Source: Candidatus Anderseniibacteriota bacterium
GTDB lineage: Bacteria > Patescibacteriota > Andersenbacteria > UBA10190
Assembly: GCA_040900375.1 (NCBI GenBank)
Contig: JBBDZC010000021.1
Span: 5,258 to 69,257 of the forward strand
Direction: 5' to 3'
Length of the DNA stretch: 64,000 nt
Under the pieces are notes generated by a model. It was not told the DNA's origin, ran no database searches, and was given only the letters and a program-made list of their open reading frames with translations. Position numbers and translations under genes: made by a program. This document shows positions 37,634 through 46,727 of this stretch, piece by piece. The stretch's first letter is position 1; every line of letters begins with the position of its first letter.

Positions 37634-37669
37634 AATAAAAAGCACATTGCCTGATTAGAGGCAATGTGC
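37634..37669 (-). terminator. Intrinsic terminator downstream of the ANTAR gene
   Basis: GCACATTGCCT/AGGCAATGTGC 11-bp stem with T-tract on the minus strand. Confidence 0.8.
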
Positions 37670-37682
37670 GCGAGGGGGAATG

Positions 37683-38051
37683 TCACGAGGGAACGGGTAC
37701 ATCCGCATCATGAAAAATTTCGAACGTGATAATGACCGCCCTGGCGATAGCCCCGATGGTCATATTTCGAGAGCAGGCATTGTTCCGGAGTGTATTATAG
37801 GCGCAGGACTCATCCATCTTGCCAAATTTCATAAGTAAGCTCTTGGCTTGCTCCACAAATGGGCGATCAGCAATCCTTTGCCGTAGCTTCTCGTTTTCCT
37901 GGTTAACGTTTTTACAGTCTTGGGCGACATTGGCTTGCGCCTGCTTGAGCTGTCTCACTTCTTGCCACAGCTTCGCGATTTCTTGCTGAAGCGCTCGGAT
38001 TAGCGGTGACGCTGGATCAGCAGACAATGTCGTTAGGTCAGATGCTGACAT
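37683..38051 (-). CDS. Coiled-coil plus ANTAR-domain protein
   Basis: R..VEQAKSLLM....MDE..AY..LR..A...N.....IA..V matches the ANTAR pattern; AAGGAG SD 6 nt before ATG 38051. Confidence 0.8.
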   Translation of the reverse strand: MSASDLTTLSADPASPLIRALQQEIAKLWQEVRQLKQAQANVAQDCKNVNQENEKLRQRIADRPFVEQAKSLLMKFGKMDESCAYNTLRNNACSRNMTIGAIARAVIITFEIFHDADVPVPS

Positions 38052-38220
38052 ACTCATCTCCTTCATGCAGCGGCTCATACCAAACCTATTCTTGGTGCTC
38101 TCCACCATGGAGAGCGGTGAAAAGTGCAGATCAGCCACCCGTTACTACTGTGCGGTACTCTATTCAATAATGTTTTTAAAAATTAGTCAAGCGCGGTGTT
38201 CTATAATACTATCAGAGGTA

Positions 38221-39198
38221 ATGAGCTCCACGAGTAACCAAGCGGCTCGGAATATTCCTCTGGCGGTGCGCTCACCAGCGGCCCCGATCTTGGAGCCGCG
38301 AACTGGTGAGCAGTATTGGTGGGAGCGTCACGGCACGTTTAATCCGGGTGTAGCGGAGTATCAGAAAAATATTATTCTTCTATACCGGGCCTATGATGAT
38401 TTTCGTATCTCGCGCCTGGGCTTGGCCAATAGTCAGGATGGGGTACATTTTACTCGCTATGATCACCCGGCAATTGATACCAACCCGGATGATCCTCATG
38501 AGCGCCTTGGGATCGAAGACTCCCGGATTACACAACTGGGATCAACTTACTATATTGTCCACACGTCAGCATCCTACCATCGCATTGGCGATAAGAAGGA
38601 TGTCAGAGGTGTGAGAGATTATATTCCCTGGCGGGTACGGATTGGGATGCACAGTACGGAAGACTTTCATTCATTCCAGCATTGGGGAGTAATCTTGCCG
38701 GACGTGCCGGCGAAAAATGCCTGTCTCTTGCCGGAAAAAATTCAGGGCTCTTTTGGGCTCTATTACCGCGAACACGAAGATACACGGGATATCTTAAAGT
38801 TAACCTATACCAAGGACTTCAAACACTGGTCACCGGCGAGCGTGGTGGAGTGGCCGGCAGCAGCCGAGTGGCAGCGCTTTAAATTTGGCATAGGTTCACA
38901 ACCACTTGCCACGCCCCACGGCTTTTTAACGGTGTACCATGCGGTTGATGAGTCACAGGTGTATCGACTAGGCCTTCTTCTCTTAAGCCGAGAAGACCCA
39001 GCGCATATTCTCTGGCATAGTAATCCGATTCTTGAACCAGAGATGCCTTATGAGCGAGAAGGATACGTACCGAATGTGGTGTATACCTGCGGCGCGCTTA
39101 TTCGGGGGCAGGAGCTATGGGTATACTATGGGGCGGCTGACCGAGTAATTGGACGAGCGGTGGTGCCGCTGCACGATATTTGGAGAAATAATTCTTAA
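38221..39198 (+). CDS. GH130-family glycosidase/phosphorylase
   Basis: TFNPG, LLYRA, GIEDSRI, KNACLLPEKI, YH, PNVVYTCG, YYGAAD. Confidence 0.88.
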   Translation: MSSTSNQAARNIPLAVRSPAAPILEPRTGEQYWWERHGTFNPGVAEYQKNIILLYRAYDDFRISRLGLANSQDGVHFTRYDHPAIDTNPDDPHERLGIEDSRITQLGSTYYIVHTSASYHRIGDKKDVRGVRDYIPWRVRIGMHSTEDFHSFQHWGVILPDVPAKNACLLPEKIQGSFGLYYREHEDTRDILKLTYTKDFKHWSPASVVEWPAAAEWQRFKFGIGSQPLATPHGFLTVYHAVDESQVYRLGLLLLSREDPAHILWHSNPILEPEMPYEREGYVPNVVYTCGALIRGQELWVYYGAADRVIGRAVVPLHDIWRNNS

Positions 39199-39210
39199 CT
39201 CTTCGCCACT

Positions 39211-40239
39211 ATGAGAACTAGAGAGAAGCTGCGGGTAGCGATGCTGGCACCAATTGCCTGGCGCACGCCACCTAACCATTATGGTCCGTGGGAGCAAGTC
39301 ACCTCGCTTATTACCGAGGGCTTGGTTAAAGAAGGAGTAGATGTGACACTCTTTGCCACCAAAGATTCAGTGACGACGGCGCAACTGCGGGCTGTCTGCC
39401 CCACGGGCTACGAGAATAATAAAAAATTAGATCAGCCGGTGTGGCTGGCATTACATGTCTCTGAAGTTTTTGAGCACGCTGATGAATTTGATATTATTCA
39501 TAGTCATCTCGATGTTCTGCCGCTCTCTTACTCGCGGTTAGTGGATACACCACTGGTGACCACTATTCATGGATTTCCCTCGCTGCAAAGCCCGATAGTG
39601 TACCGCAAATACAATGGTCAGGCTTTCTATGTCGCCATTAGTGATGCTAACCGTCACCCTGATTTAACGTATGTTGCCACTGTGCACCACGGTATCAATC
39701 TTAATGATTTTTCTTTCCGCGCTGATCCCGATGACTACCTGATCTTTTTTGGCCGGATTCATCACGACAAGGGGACGGCTGAGGCAATTGAAATTGCCCG
39801 GCAGGCGGGTTGCCGGCTGATAATAGCGGGACTGATTCAGGATACAGCGTACTATCAAGAGCAAGTTGAACAGCGTCTCGATGGTAAAAATGTGGTGTAC
39901 GAAGGGAACGTGGGACCAGAAAAGCGCAATGAACTGCTCAGTGGAGCGAGAGCACTATTGCACCCTATTAATTTTGATGAGCCGTTTGGGCTCTCGGTCA
40001 TTGAAGCGATGGCTTGTGGCACGCCGGTGATCGCATTTAACCGCGGCAGCATGCCGGAACTCATTGAGGAGGGCGTAACTGGCTATCTCGTACCAAATGT
40101 TGACGAGGCGGTGCGGGCGGTGGAGAAGCTGCCAGAGCTTAACCGGGAAGAGTGCCGCCGGCGAGCGGAACGGCGCTTTGGTGTGGAGCGGATGGTGGCA
40201 GACTACCTGAAGGTGTATGCACAGATTCTAGGGCGTTAA
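39211..40239 (+). CDS. GT4 glycosyltransferase
   Basis: PP..YGPWE, FFGRIHHDKG, EPFGLSVIEAMACGTPV. Confidence 0.92.
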   Translation: MRTREKLRVAMLAPIAWRTPPNHYGPWEQVTSLITEGLVKEGVDVTLFATKDSVTTAQLRAVCPTGYENNKKLDQPVWLALHVSEVFEHADEFDIIHSHLDVLPLSYSRLVDTPLVTTIHGFPSLQSPIVYRKYNGQAFYVAISDANRHPDLTYVATVHHGINLNDFSFRADPDDYLIFFGRIHHDKGTAEAIEIARQAGCRLIIAGLIQDTAYYQEQVEQRLDGKNVVYEGNVGPEKRNELLSGARALLHPINFDEPFGLSVIEAMACGTPVIAFNRGSMPELIEEGVTGYLVPNVDEAVRAVEKLPELNREECRRRAERRFGVERMVADYLKVYAQILGR

Positions 40240-41437
40240 CTGATTGGGTAGCGTGATTATTATTGAGGACAGTGCGGAAGAGATTGAGGTGACTCTGGGC
40301 CACGTTTGGCCAGGTCATCAGGCGGCCATACTGGTAAGCTTTTTTCTCAATCCGCTGCCTTTTATCGGGATGTTGCCAGAGGTCAATCACGGCGGCGGCA
40401 ATGGCGTGGGGGTCTTTAAAGGGAACAATGATACCGCGCTCGTCCGCTAAAACTTCACGGGCATAAATATAGGGAGTGGAAATACACGCCTTACCGGCCC
40501 CAATGGCATAGGCTAAAGCCCCTGAAGTAACCTGCTCGGGATCGAGGTAGGGCGTGATATAGATATCTAGTGTTTTGAGCCAGTCAATTAATTCCTTGAG
40601 CGGTAAGTAGGAATTAACAAAGCGGACATTATTTTTTATGCCGAGCTCGCGCGCTCGTTTCTTAAGGTAATTGCGGTACTGCTCGCCTTCGGAGCGCAAA
40701 AGGTTAGGGTGAGTTTGGCCAATGACCGTGTAGAGTACCCGAGGATTTTTTTGGGCAATGAGCGCGACTGCTTCCAGGGCATATTCAATGCCTTTGTTTG
40801 GTGAGAGTAAATTAATATTACCGAGCACGAGACGATCAGTCAGTTGCCGTTTTTTCTTATGGCCCTCGACGGAGTTAAAGGGAAGATCAGGAACGCCGTG
40901 GGGTATCACCACAATTTTTTCTCGAGGAATGCCGTAATTTTGCACCAGTTTTTGGGCAACGTTTTCCATCATAACAACGATAGCTTGAGACTTTGCAGCA
41001 ATGCGCTTTAAAATCTCGCCGTATTTAGTTTGGCTGTTTTCCACGATTGTATGAAAGGTGGTAATCAGCGGGCGTTCAAGGGCTTCAACAAAATGCACGA
41101 TATATTCCCCGCCTTCGCCTCCAAATAGACCAAATTCATGTTGGAGCGATACTAAATCTGCCCGCGATTGATTGACATATTCGGCAGCCGCGAGGTAGCT
41201 CCCCAGTTCGTTGTCAGTCATTTTAAATTTCGCTTCCCAGGGGTACTCAATGGTGTCATCCGGATCATTGATGACTAGAATTTCCGCTAGAGAGTAAGAG
41301 TTGAGCAAGTTAATCGCGTTAGTGAGGTCTTTAGTGTACGTGGCAATACCGCATTTACGAGGGATGTAGGAGGAGATATAAATAACATTAAGGGGTTGTT
41401 GTTGCAGGTTGAGAGCTTGTTCAAAATTCTTTGTCAT
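40139..41437 (-). CDS. GT4 glycosyltransferase
   Basis: YIPRKCGIATYT, QHEFGLFGG, IPHGVP, NKGIE, SGALAYAIGAG, STPY. Confidence 0.9.
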   Translation of the reverse strand: MTKNFEQALNLQQQPLNVIYISSYIPRKCGIATYTKDLTNAINLLNSYSLAEILVINDPDDTIEYPWEAKFKMTDNELGSYLAAAEYVNQSRADLVSLQHEFGLFGGEGGEYIVHFVEALERPLITTFHTIVENSQTKYGEILKRIAAKSQAIVVMMENVAQKLVQNYGIPREKIVVIPHGVPDLPFNSVEGHKKKRQLTDRLVLGNINLLSPNKGIEYALEAVALIAQKNPRVLYTVIGQTHPNLLRSEGEQYRNYLKKRARELGIKNNVRFVNSYLPLKELIDWLKTLDIYITPYLDPEQVTSGALAYAIGAGKACISTPYIYAREVLADERGIIVPFKDPHAIAAAVIDLWQHPDKRQRIEKKAYQYGRLMTWPNVAQSHLNLFRTVLNNNHATQSVNALESVHTPSGSLPPSAPHQSAVPLAGGTLPG

Positions 41438-41441
41438 AGTC

Positions 41442-42536
41442 TTAGTATACTTTAAGAATTGTGAGCATTGTCTGGGCAATGACTGGTGGGGCATACATTG
41501 CTGTCACGTGATCGCGGGCCGCGTGCCCCATCTTTTCCCGCCGGGCCGGATTAGTCAGGAGCAACTTGAGGTAACCGGCCAGATCGTTGATGTCAGCCCG
41601 GAGCGTATTGGTGGCCGGCGCCGGGCGGGCGAGGAAACCGGTTTTCTCATGGAGCACCGTTTCAGTTAGCGCATTAGCAGCAATTGCAATCACGGGCTTG
41701 CCGCACATTTGCGCTTCAATAAACGGTAAACCGAATCCTTCGCGCCGCGAGGGAGCCACATAGAGGTCACAGGTATTCATCAAGCCCCGCATGAAGACTT
41801 GCGAAAATTCTCCCACGATATAACGGATGCGATGATCGATACCTAATTTTTTCGCCAATGTTAGTTCGGCCTGTGAATAAGAAAAACTTGTAGCTGACGG
41901 CCATGTTTTGATCATGTAGACCCATGGGATGTCGCTAGCGGTCTGGCCAAGGGCCGTGATGACTTCTTGAGCTCCCTTGCTTGTGGCATCACCACCGGTG
42001 GTGAATAGGATGGGAATACCAGCTTGTTTAAGTTTTACGAGATCATATTGGAGTGGTAGGTCAACCGTTGCATGCGCCGGAGAAATAAGTTGTAAAAATG
42101 ATTCGAGTTCGGCGGCCGCTAACGGGTGCCAAAATTCGGGGTCAACTGCTTCGGGAACGACAGTGAGCAGCTCTTCCTTAATGCCTTGCGCGACGAAAGT
42201 TTTCTTACAATGCTCGCTGGGGGTGAGAATCACGGGTAGTTTGTTATACTTGGCGACGTGTTCGCCACCCGCGCCATCAGCGACAAGCCAGGGAATAGTG
42301 GGTAGTTTTAATTCGTGAGGGGCGGCTACCAGGAGAGAGTAATCGTGCCAGTCACCCACACTGATGACAAAGTCAGGATTCAACTCTCCCAACACCTCGC
42401 GATAATTTTTAGCCTCGCCCATTTTGACAATCTGGTTGGGAACAGCCAGTTGCGTAAAACCCTTGGCCAGTGCGTCGGCTTGATTTAAGAAACTATAACC
42501 GTGCTCGGCGGGAGCAACAATGATGGCAATTTTCAT
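41442..42536 (-). CDS. GT4 glycosyltransferase
   Basis: PSRREGFGLPFIEAQMCGKPVI; GAGGA SD before ATG 42536. Confidence 0.88.
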   Translation of the reverse strand: MKIAIIVAPAEHGYSFLNQADALAKGFTQLAVPNQIVKMGEAKNYREVLGELNPDFVISVGDWHDYSLLVAAPHELKLPTIPWLVADGAGGEHVAKYNKLPVILTPSEHCKKTFVAQGIKEELLTVVPEAVDPEFWHPLAAAELESFLQLISPAHATVDLPLQYDLVKLKQAGIPILFTTGGDATSKGAQEVITALGQTASDIPWVYMIKTWPSATSFSYSQAELTLAKKLGIDHRIRYIVGEFSQVFMRGLMNTCDLYVAPSRREGFGLPFIEAQMCGKPVIAIAANALTETVLHEKTGFLARPAPATNTLRADINDLAGYLKLLLTNPARREKMGHAARDHVTAMYAPPVIAQTMLTILKVY

Positions 42537-42559
42537 ACGTGTCCTCAAGTGTCGAAACT

Positions 42560-42679
42560 AAAAAACACCTTTCCCCTACAATAACGAGGCAAGGGTGTCA
42601 GCAGTTAAAGTGTGTATCGACGAATTGTGGTACAGTTACTTCCCACGATTCGATGCCAGCTAAAGCCAAATCACTGCTG
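42560..42679 (-). promoter_or_regulatory. Candidate attenuator/riboswitch-like leader
   Basis: CAGCAGT/ACTGCTG-closed domain directly followed by an ACACCCTT/AAAGGTGT hairpin and T-tract, ending about 24 nt before the start codon. Confidence 0.5.
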
Positions 42680-42724
42680 GGCTAAGCCTTGACAGGTGAG
42701 TAGGATGATACTATAAAATAGCCG

Positions 42725-43861
42725 ATGACGCAAGTTTTTCCTGCTATGTCTCCCGCTGCTTCTTTACATGCCTATCCTTTATTGAACCATTTTAAAACCA
42801 TGATGGGTCCCTATGGCTTGTACCAGCATGCTACCAGTCGTGTGCCGCTCTTGAGGGAAGGATATTGCACGGATGACAATGCCCGGGCGGTGCAAGTCTT
42901 AGTTCACCTGCGCTCGTTGATGGCGATAGAGGAGCGAGGACTTGTGGATCAATTTCTGGAGCGCTGCTGGCAGTTTCTTCGTGAAGCGCGAACGGGTGCG
43001 GGCGAGTACCTTAATTTTCGCTCGGCGCAGGGTGGGTGGCTACCAACGGGTGTTTCTGATGATATGTATGCCCGGCTCATCCGTACCTTTGTCACTGTTT
43101 TGATGCACGATGGAACAGCTGCTCGCCGCCAACAAGCGCAGGAAATGTTGACAGAACTACTGGTTGCACTGCCGCGACTGCAAGCACCACGAGCGTGGGC
43201 AGAAATACTATTGAGCTTAGCCAGTCTACCGATAGAACTTCAACAATCTCTCGCAGCGAAGTCGATCATCAGCCATGGTTTGGAATTTTTGCATCGTTTG
43301 TGGCAGCACCAAGCTTCAGCGGCCTGGCCATGGTTTGAGCTAAAAATGACCTATGCTAATGCGCTGTTGCCTCATGGATTGCTCGCTGGCTTGCGAGTCG
43401 CGCCGCAAACAACATATGAAGAAATTTTGCACCAAAGTGCTCAATTTCTGATTAAGACCACTATTCCCCAGGAAATTTTTATTCCGATCGGCAGCGTTGG
43501 CTGGTATGAAAAAGGAGGAGAGCCTTCCCAAGATAATCAACAACCAATCGAGGCGGGCACTATGTTTGATTTCTTGATTGACTACTATCGCTCCTTTCCC
43601 CAGCGGGTGACAGTGGCGCAGGTTACTGCTCCTTACCTGTGGTTCTATGGTTACAATACTCACCGCCTCGCCCTGGTTGATCCTATGACAGGGGCCAGTT
43701 TTGATGGTCTTTTTCGCCATGGTCCTAATAAAAATTGCGGGGCGGAATCTTTACTGGCTTATTTGTGGGCGGAGATTTTACTCCAGCAAGCACCACCCGC
43801 TATGCGTGAGGTAGCCACACTTAAGAGAAGTGAATTTGTTTCTTCTTCAGACTTGACTTAA
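42725..43861 (+). CDS. Six-hairpin-glycosidase-like domain usually associated with GT4 proteins
   Basis: GLYQHA....P....GYCTDDNARA, WPWFE..MTYANA.LP, QQPIEA, WFYGYN, DGL...N.N.GAES. Confidence 0.75.
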   Translation: MTQVFPAMSPAASLHAYPLLNHFKTMMGPYGLYQHATSRVPLLREGYCTDDNARAVQVLVHLRSLMAIEERGLVDQFLERCWQFLREARTGAGEYLNFRSAQGGWLPTGVSDDMYARLIRTFVTVLMHDGTAARRQQAQEMLTELLVALPRLQAPRAWAEILLSLASLPIELQQSLAAKSIISHGLEFLHRLWQHQASAAWPWFELKMTYANALLPHGLLAGLRVAPQTTYEEILHQSAQFLIKTTIPQEIFIPIGSVGWYEKGGEPSQDNQQPIEAGTMFDFLIDYYRSFPQRVTVAQVTAPYLWFYGYNTHRLALVDPMTGASFDGLFRHGPNKNCGAESLLAYLWAEILLQQAPPAMREVATLKRSEFVSSSDLT

Positions 43862-43877
43862 GGGAAGTCTCGGCAGA

Positions 43878-44615
43878 CTACTGGGTTGGCACGGGTTCGC
43901 TGTAGATACGGACGTTATCAATCCAGCCATCAAACGCGTTGGAGTTGCTGTTATAGCCGCGCCCTACGTCCCAATTGGCGGCGACAAAATTAGGCGAGGT
44001 GACTGTCTGCTGCGCTACTATTTTAGCGTCAACATACAAGCGCGCCGTTGTGCCATCGTGAGTGGCAACAATGTGTTGCCAGCGATTAAGGAGAACGCTG
44101 TTATTAGGTGACCCAATCGATACGGAAGATGACAGGAAGACCCTATAGGCAGTGCCCTGGCGGGCTAGGCGAGGGAATGTTCCACTGCCGCCAGCATTTT
44201 GCTTGCCTAAGAAGATATCTAAGCCGGCCAAGGTATGGGGATACACCCAAGCTTCGAGGGTGTAGGTGTTACCGATTGCCGGCACGCCGGTAAAACGCAC
44301 GCTATCGTTTGAACCATCGAAGTTAAGTCCCTTGGTGTTGTTAATGCCATCAACTACTGTAGCGCCGCTGATAGTGCCGGTTTGACTAGCGCGGCAGGTA
44401 TCGGGAGTGGTGCCAGAAGTAACCGTATTAAAATCCCAGACGCCAATACAGTTGTTGACAAGGGTGCGATAGATTTGGCCGCTGTAAGCATAGAGACTGG
44501 CGAGACGCGCACGCTCCCGCGAACCGTAGACCGCCACAATAACGACGGTGACGAGGATACCCATTAAACCGACAACAATCAGGATCTCAATCAGGGTGAA
44601 ACCAGTTTTTTTCAT
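43878..44615 (-). CDS. Type IV pilin-like protein with LamG/concanavalin-like domain
   Basis: G|FTLIEIL class III signal; FDG..D.V, TLEAWVYP, WQHIVAT.DG....LYVD, FDG.IDNVRIY. Confidence 0.88.
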   Translation of the reverse strand: MKKTGFTLIEILIVVGLMGILVTVVIVAVYGSRERARLASLYAYSGQIYRTLVNNCIGVWDFNTVTSGTTPDTCRASQTGTISGATVVDGINNTKGLNFDGSNDSVRFTGVPAIGNTYTLEAWVYPHTLAGLDIFLGKQNAGGSGTFPRLARQGTAYRVFLSSSVSIGSPNNSVLLNRWQHIVATHDGTTARLYVDAKIVAQQTVTSPNFVAANWDVGRGYNSNSNAFDGWIDNVRIYSEPVPTQ

Positions 44616-44802
44616 GTCAGAGACACCAGATTTTTTAGGAGAACGCTAAGTAGTATAGCATAGTTGGATTAAGAAACGCTCGCGCTTAGGAGGCCCGCGG
44701 TCTGATACTCATTGTTGTGGCTTCTTTGTGCGGTGCCCTCTATACCGCACTGCGTGGGGAGTAAGGTTTTGCTTTAGCCGTGCTTATATTATCGTTAAGA
44801 GT

Positions 44803-46506
44803 ATGATGAATCTTAAGCAGAGCTTATCCCGCGACATTACCGAGGGCATCAAGGCAGCGCAAGCGAGCGGGGCGCTGCCAAAAATCACGCATGAATTGAC
44901 GGTGGTGGTAGAACATCCGGAAAACCCAGAGTGGGGCGACTATGCTTCGCCGGTGGGTCTTACCCTCACGAAAGAGCTGCAGCACAGCCCCCTCGAGATT
45001 GTGGCGGCGATTGCCAAGCACATGCCCAAAAAAGAATATATTGGCAAAATGGAGGCGGTGGCGCCTGGCTTTCTCAATATCCGCTTAAATCCAGGATGGC
45101 TCACAGCGCGTCTTGATGATTTAATTGAGCAAGATCTTTGTGCCGACACGAGTGTCGGTCAGGGCAAGCGTATCAATCTTGAGTTTATCTCGGCTAATCC
45201 GACCGGGCCGATGACGCTTGGTAATGCCCGGACGGCGTTTAGCGTTGATACCCTAGCAAACGTCTTGGCCTGCGCCGGGTATAACGTGACGCGCGAATAT
45301 TATATTAATGATGCCGGTGCCCAGATTAAGAAGTTAGGGGAATCAGTCGTGCGACGGATTTTGCAGGCGCAAGGAGAGACGGTGGAATTTCCGGAAACCT
45401 TATACCAGGGCGACTATATTAAAGACGTGGCTACCACGGTGGCTGAAGCCTGGCGGGAAAACGAGAGTAAGGAATTTGATGCGACTGATCTTGATAATGA
45501 ATCCTTGCTGGCCGTCGTTAGTCAGCAGGCGATGGAGCTTCTGTTTGCAGCGATTCGAGAGACGGTGACCCAGGATTTACGCATTGCTTTTGATATCTGG
45601 ACATCGGAACAAACACTGCGGCGATCAGGGGTGATTGAGCGTGCGCTCGAGCGGTTACGCCAACAGGACGCCACCTATACCAAAGACGGGGCAGAATATT
45701 TGCGGACGACTAAGTTTGGTGATACGGAGGACCGGGTACTGGTGAAAAAGGATGGTGAATACGCCTACATCGCGCCCGACATCGGCTATCACCAAGATAA
45801 GTACAACCGTGGCTTTGATCTCATTTTCACTTTTGTGGGACCTGATCATCAGGGGCATGCGCCAAAGCTTTTGGCTGCCATGCAAGCGTTGGGCAATGAC
45901 GTCAGCAAGTTTAAGATTGTGACCAGCGGGTGGATGCGATTTTTGAGCGACGGCAAGCCAGTTAAGCTCTCGAAGCGAGCGGGCACGATTGTCACACCCC
46001 AGGATTTAATTAAAGAGGTGGGCTATGATGCGGCCCGCTTCTTTATGGTGCAGCGAGCACTGCCAGGTCACATGGATTTTGATTTAGATTTAGCGCGGGA
46101 ACACAGTGAGCGTAACCCGGTTTACTATATTCAATATGCATTCGTTCGCCTCCAGTCAATTATTCGCCGAGCGAAGGAGGAAGGATTCATTGAATCAGTT
46201 GGGGAAGAGATTATTTTAACCAGCCGCGCCCAACTTACCCATACCGTGGAACTTCACTTGCTCCGCCATCTCTACCAGTTTCCGGAAATCATTGCTGACA
46301 TCGCGCGCAGTTTTGAAGTCCAGGGATTAGCCTACTATGCCCTGGAGCTGGCGAGGAGTATCCACATATTTTACAAGCATGCGCCGGTGTTGGCCGCCGG
46401 TGACAAAACCTTGATTGCGAGCCGTCTGCAATTAGTGTTAGCTGCTCGTAAAGTGTTAGGCACCAGCTTAGATCTCTTGGGGATTAGTAAACCGGATGTA
46501 ATGTGA
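44803..46506 (+). CDS. argS: Arginine--tRNA ligase
   Basis: GDYAS, PGFLNI, EFISANPTGPMTLGNAR, EYYINDAG, LSKRAG, NPVYYIQYA. Confidence 0.96.
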   Translation: MMNLKQSLSRDITEGIKAAQASGALPKITHELTVVVEHPENPEWGDYASPVGLTLTKELQHSPLEIVAAIAKHMPKKEYIGKMEAVAPGFLNIRLNPGWLTARLDDLIEQDLCADTSVGQGKRINLEFISANPTGPMTLGNARTAFSVDTLANVLACAGYNVTREYYINDAGAQIKKLGESVVRRILQAQGETVEFPETLYQGDYIKDVATTVAEAWRENESKEFDATDLDNESLLAVVSQQAMELLFAAIRETVTQDLRIAFDIWTSEQTLRRSGVIERALERLRQQDATYTKDGAEYLRTTKFGDTEDRVLVKKDGEYAYIAPDIGYHQDKYNRGFDLIFTFVGPDHQGHAPKLLAAMQALGNDVSKFKIVTSGWMRFLSDGKPVKLSKRAGTIVTPQDLIKEVGYDAARFFMVQRALPGHMDFDLDLAREHSERNPVYYIQYAFVRLQSIIRRAKEEGFIESVGEEIILTSRAQLTHTVELHLLRHLYQFPEIIADIARSFEVQGLAYYALELARSIHIFYKHAPVLAAGDKTLIASRLQLVLAARKVLGTSLDLLGISKPDVM

Positions 46507-46727
46507 GGCGAGACTTATCATTAAAAGAATTATGCTTTACCCTTTACGTTTTTCGTTCTAAACTTAAATTCCTATGCTCTGTAATACAACATCGCTAAGG
46601 CTTGTCTTATCTGGCAGCTCGTCCACGGGGAAGCAAGAACTTTGGTCAATGAGACTGATGTTTATTTTTAAGACTGATGTTGCATCGGCAAGCTTGAGAG
46701 CTGCCGAGCGATGTTGATATACAGGGT

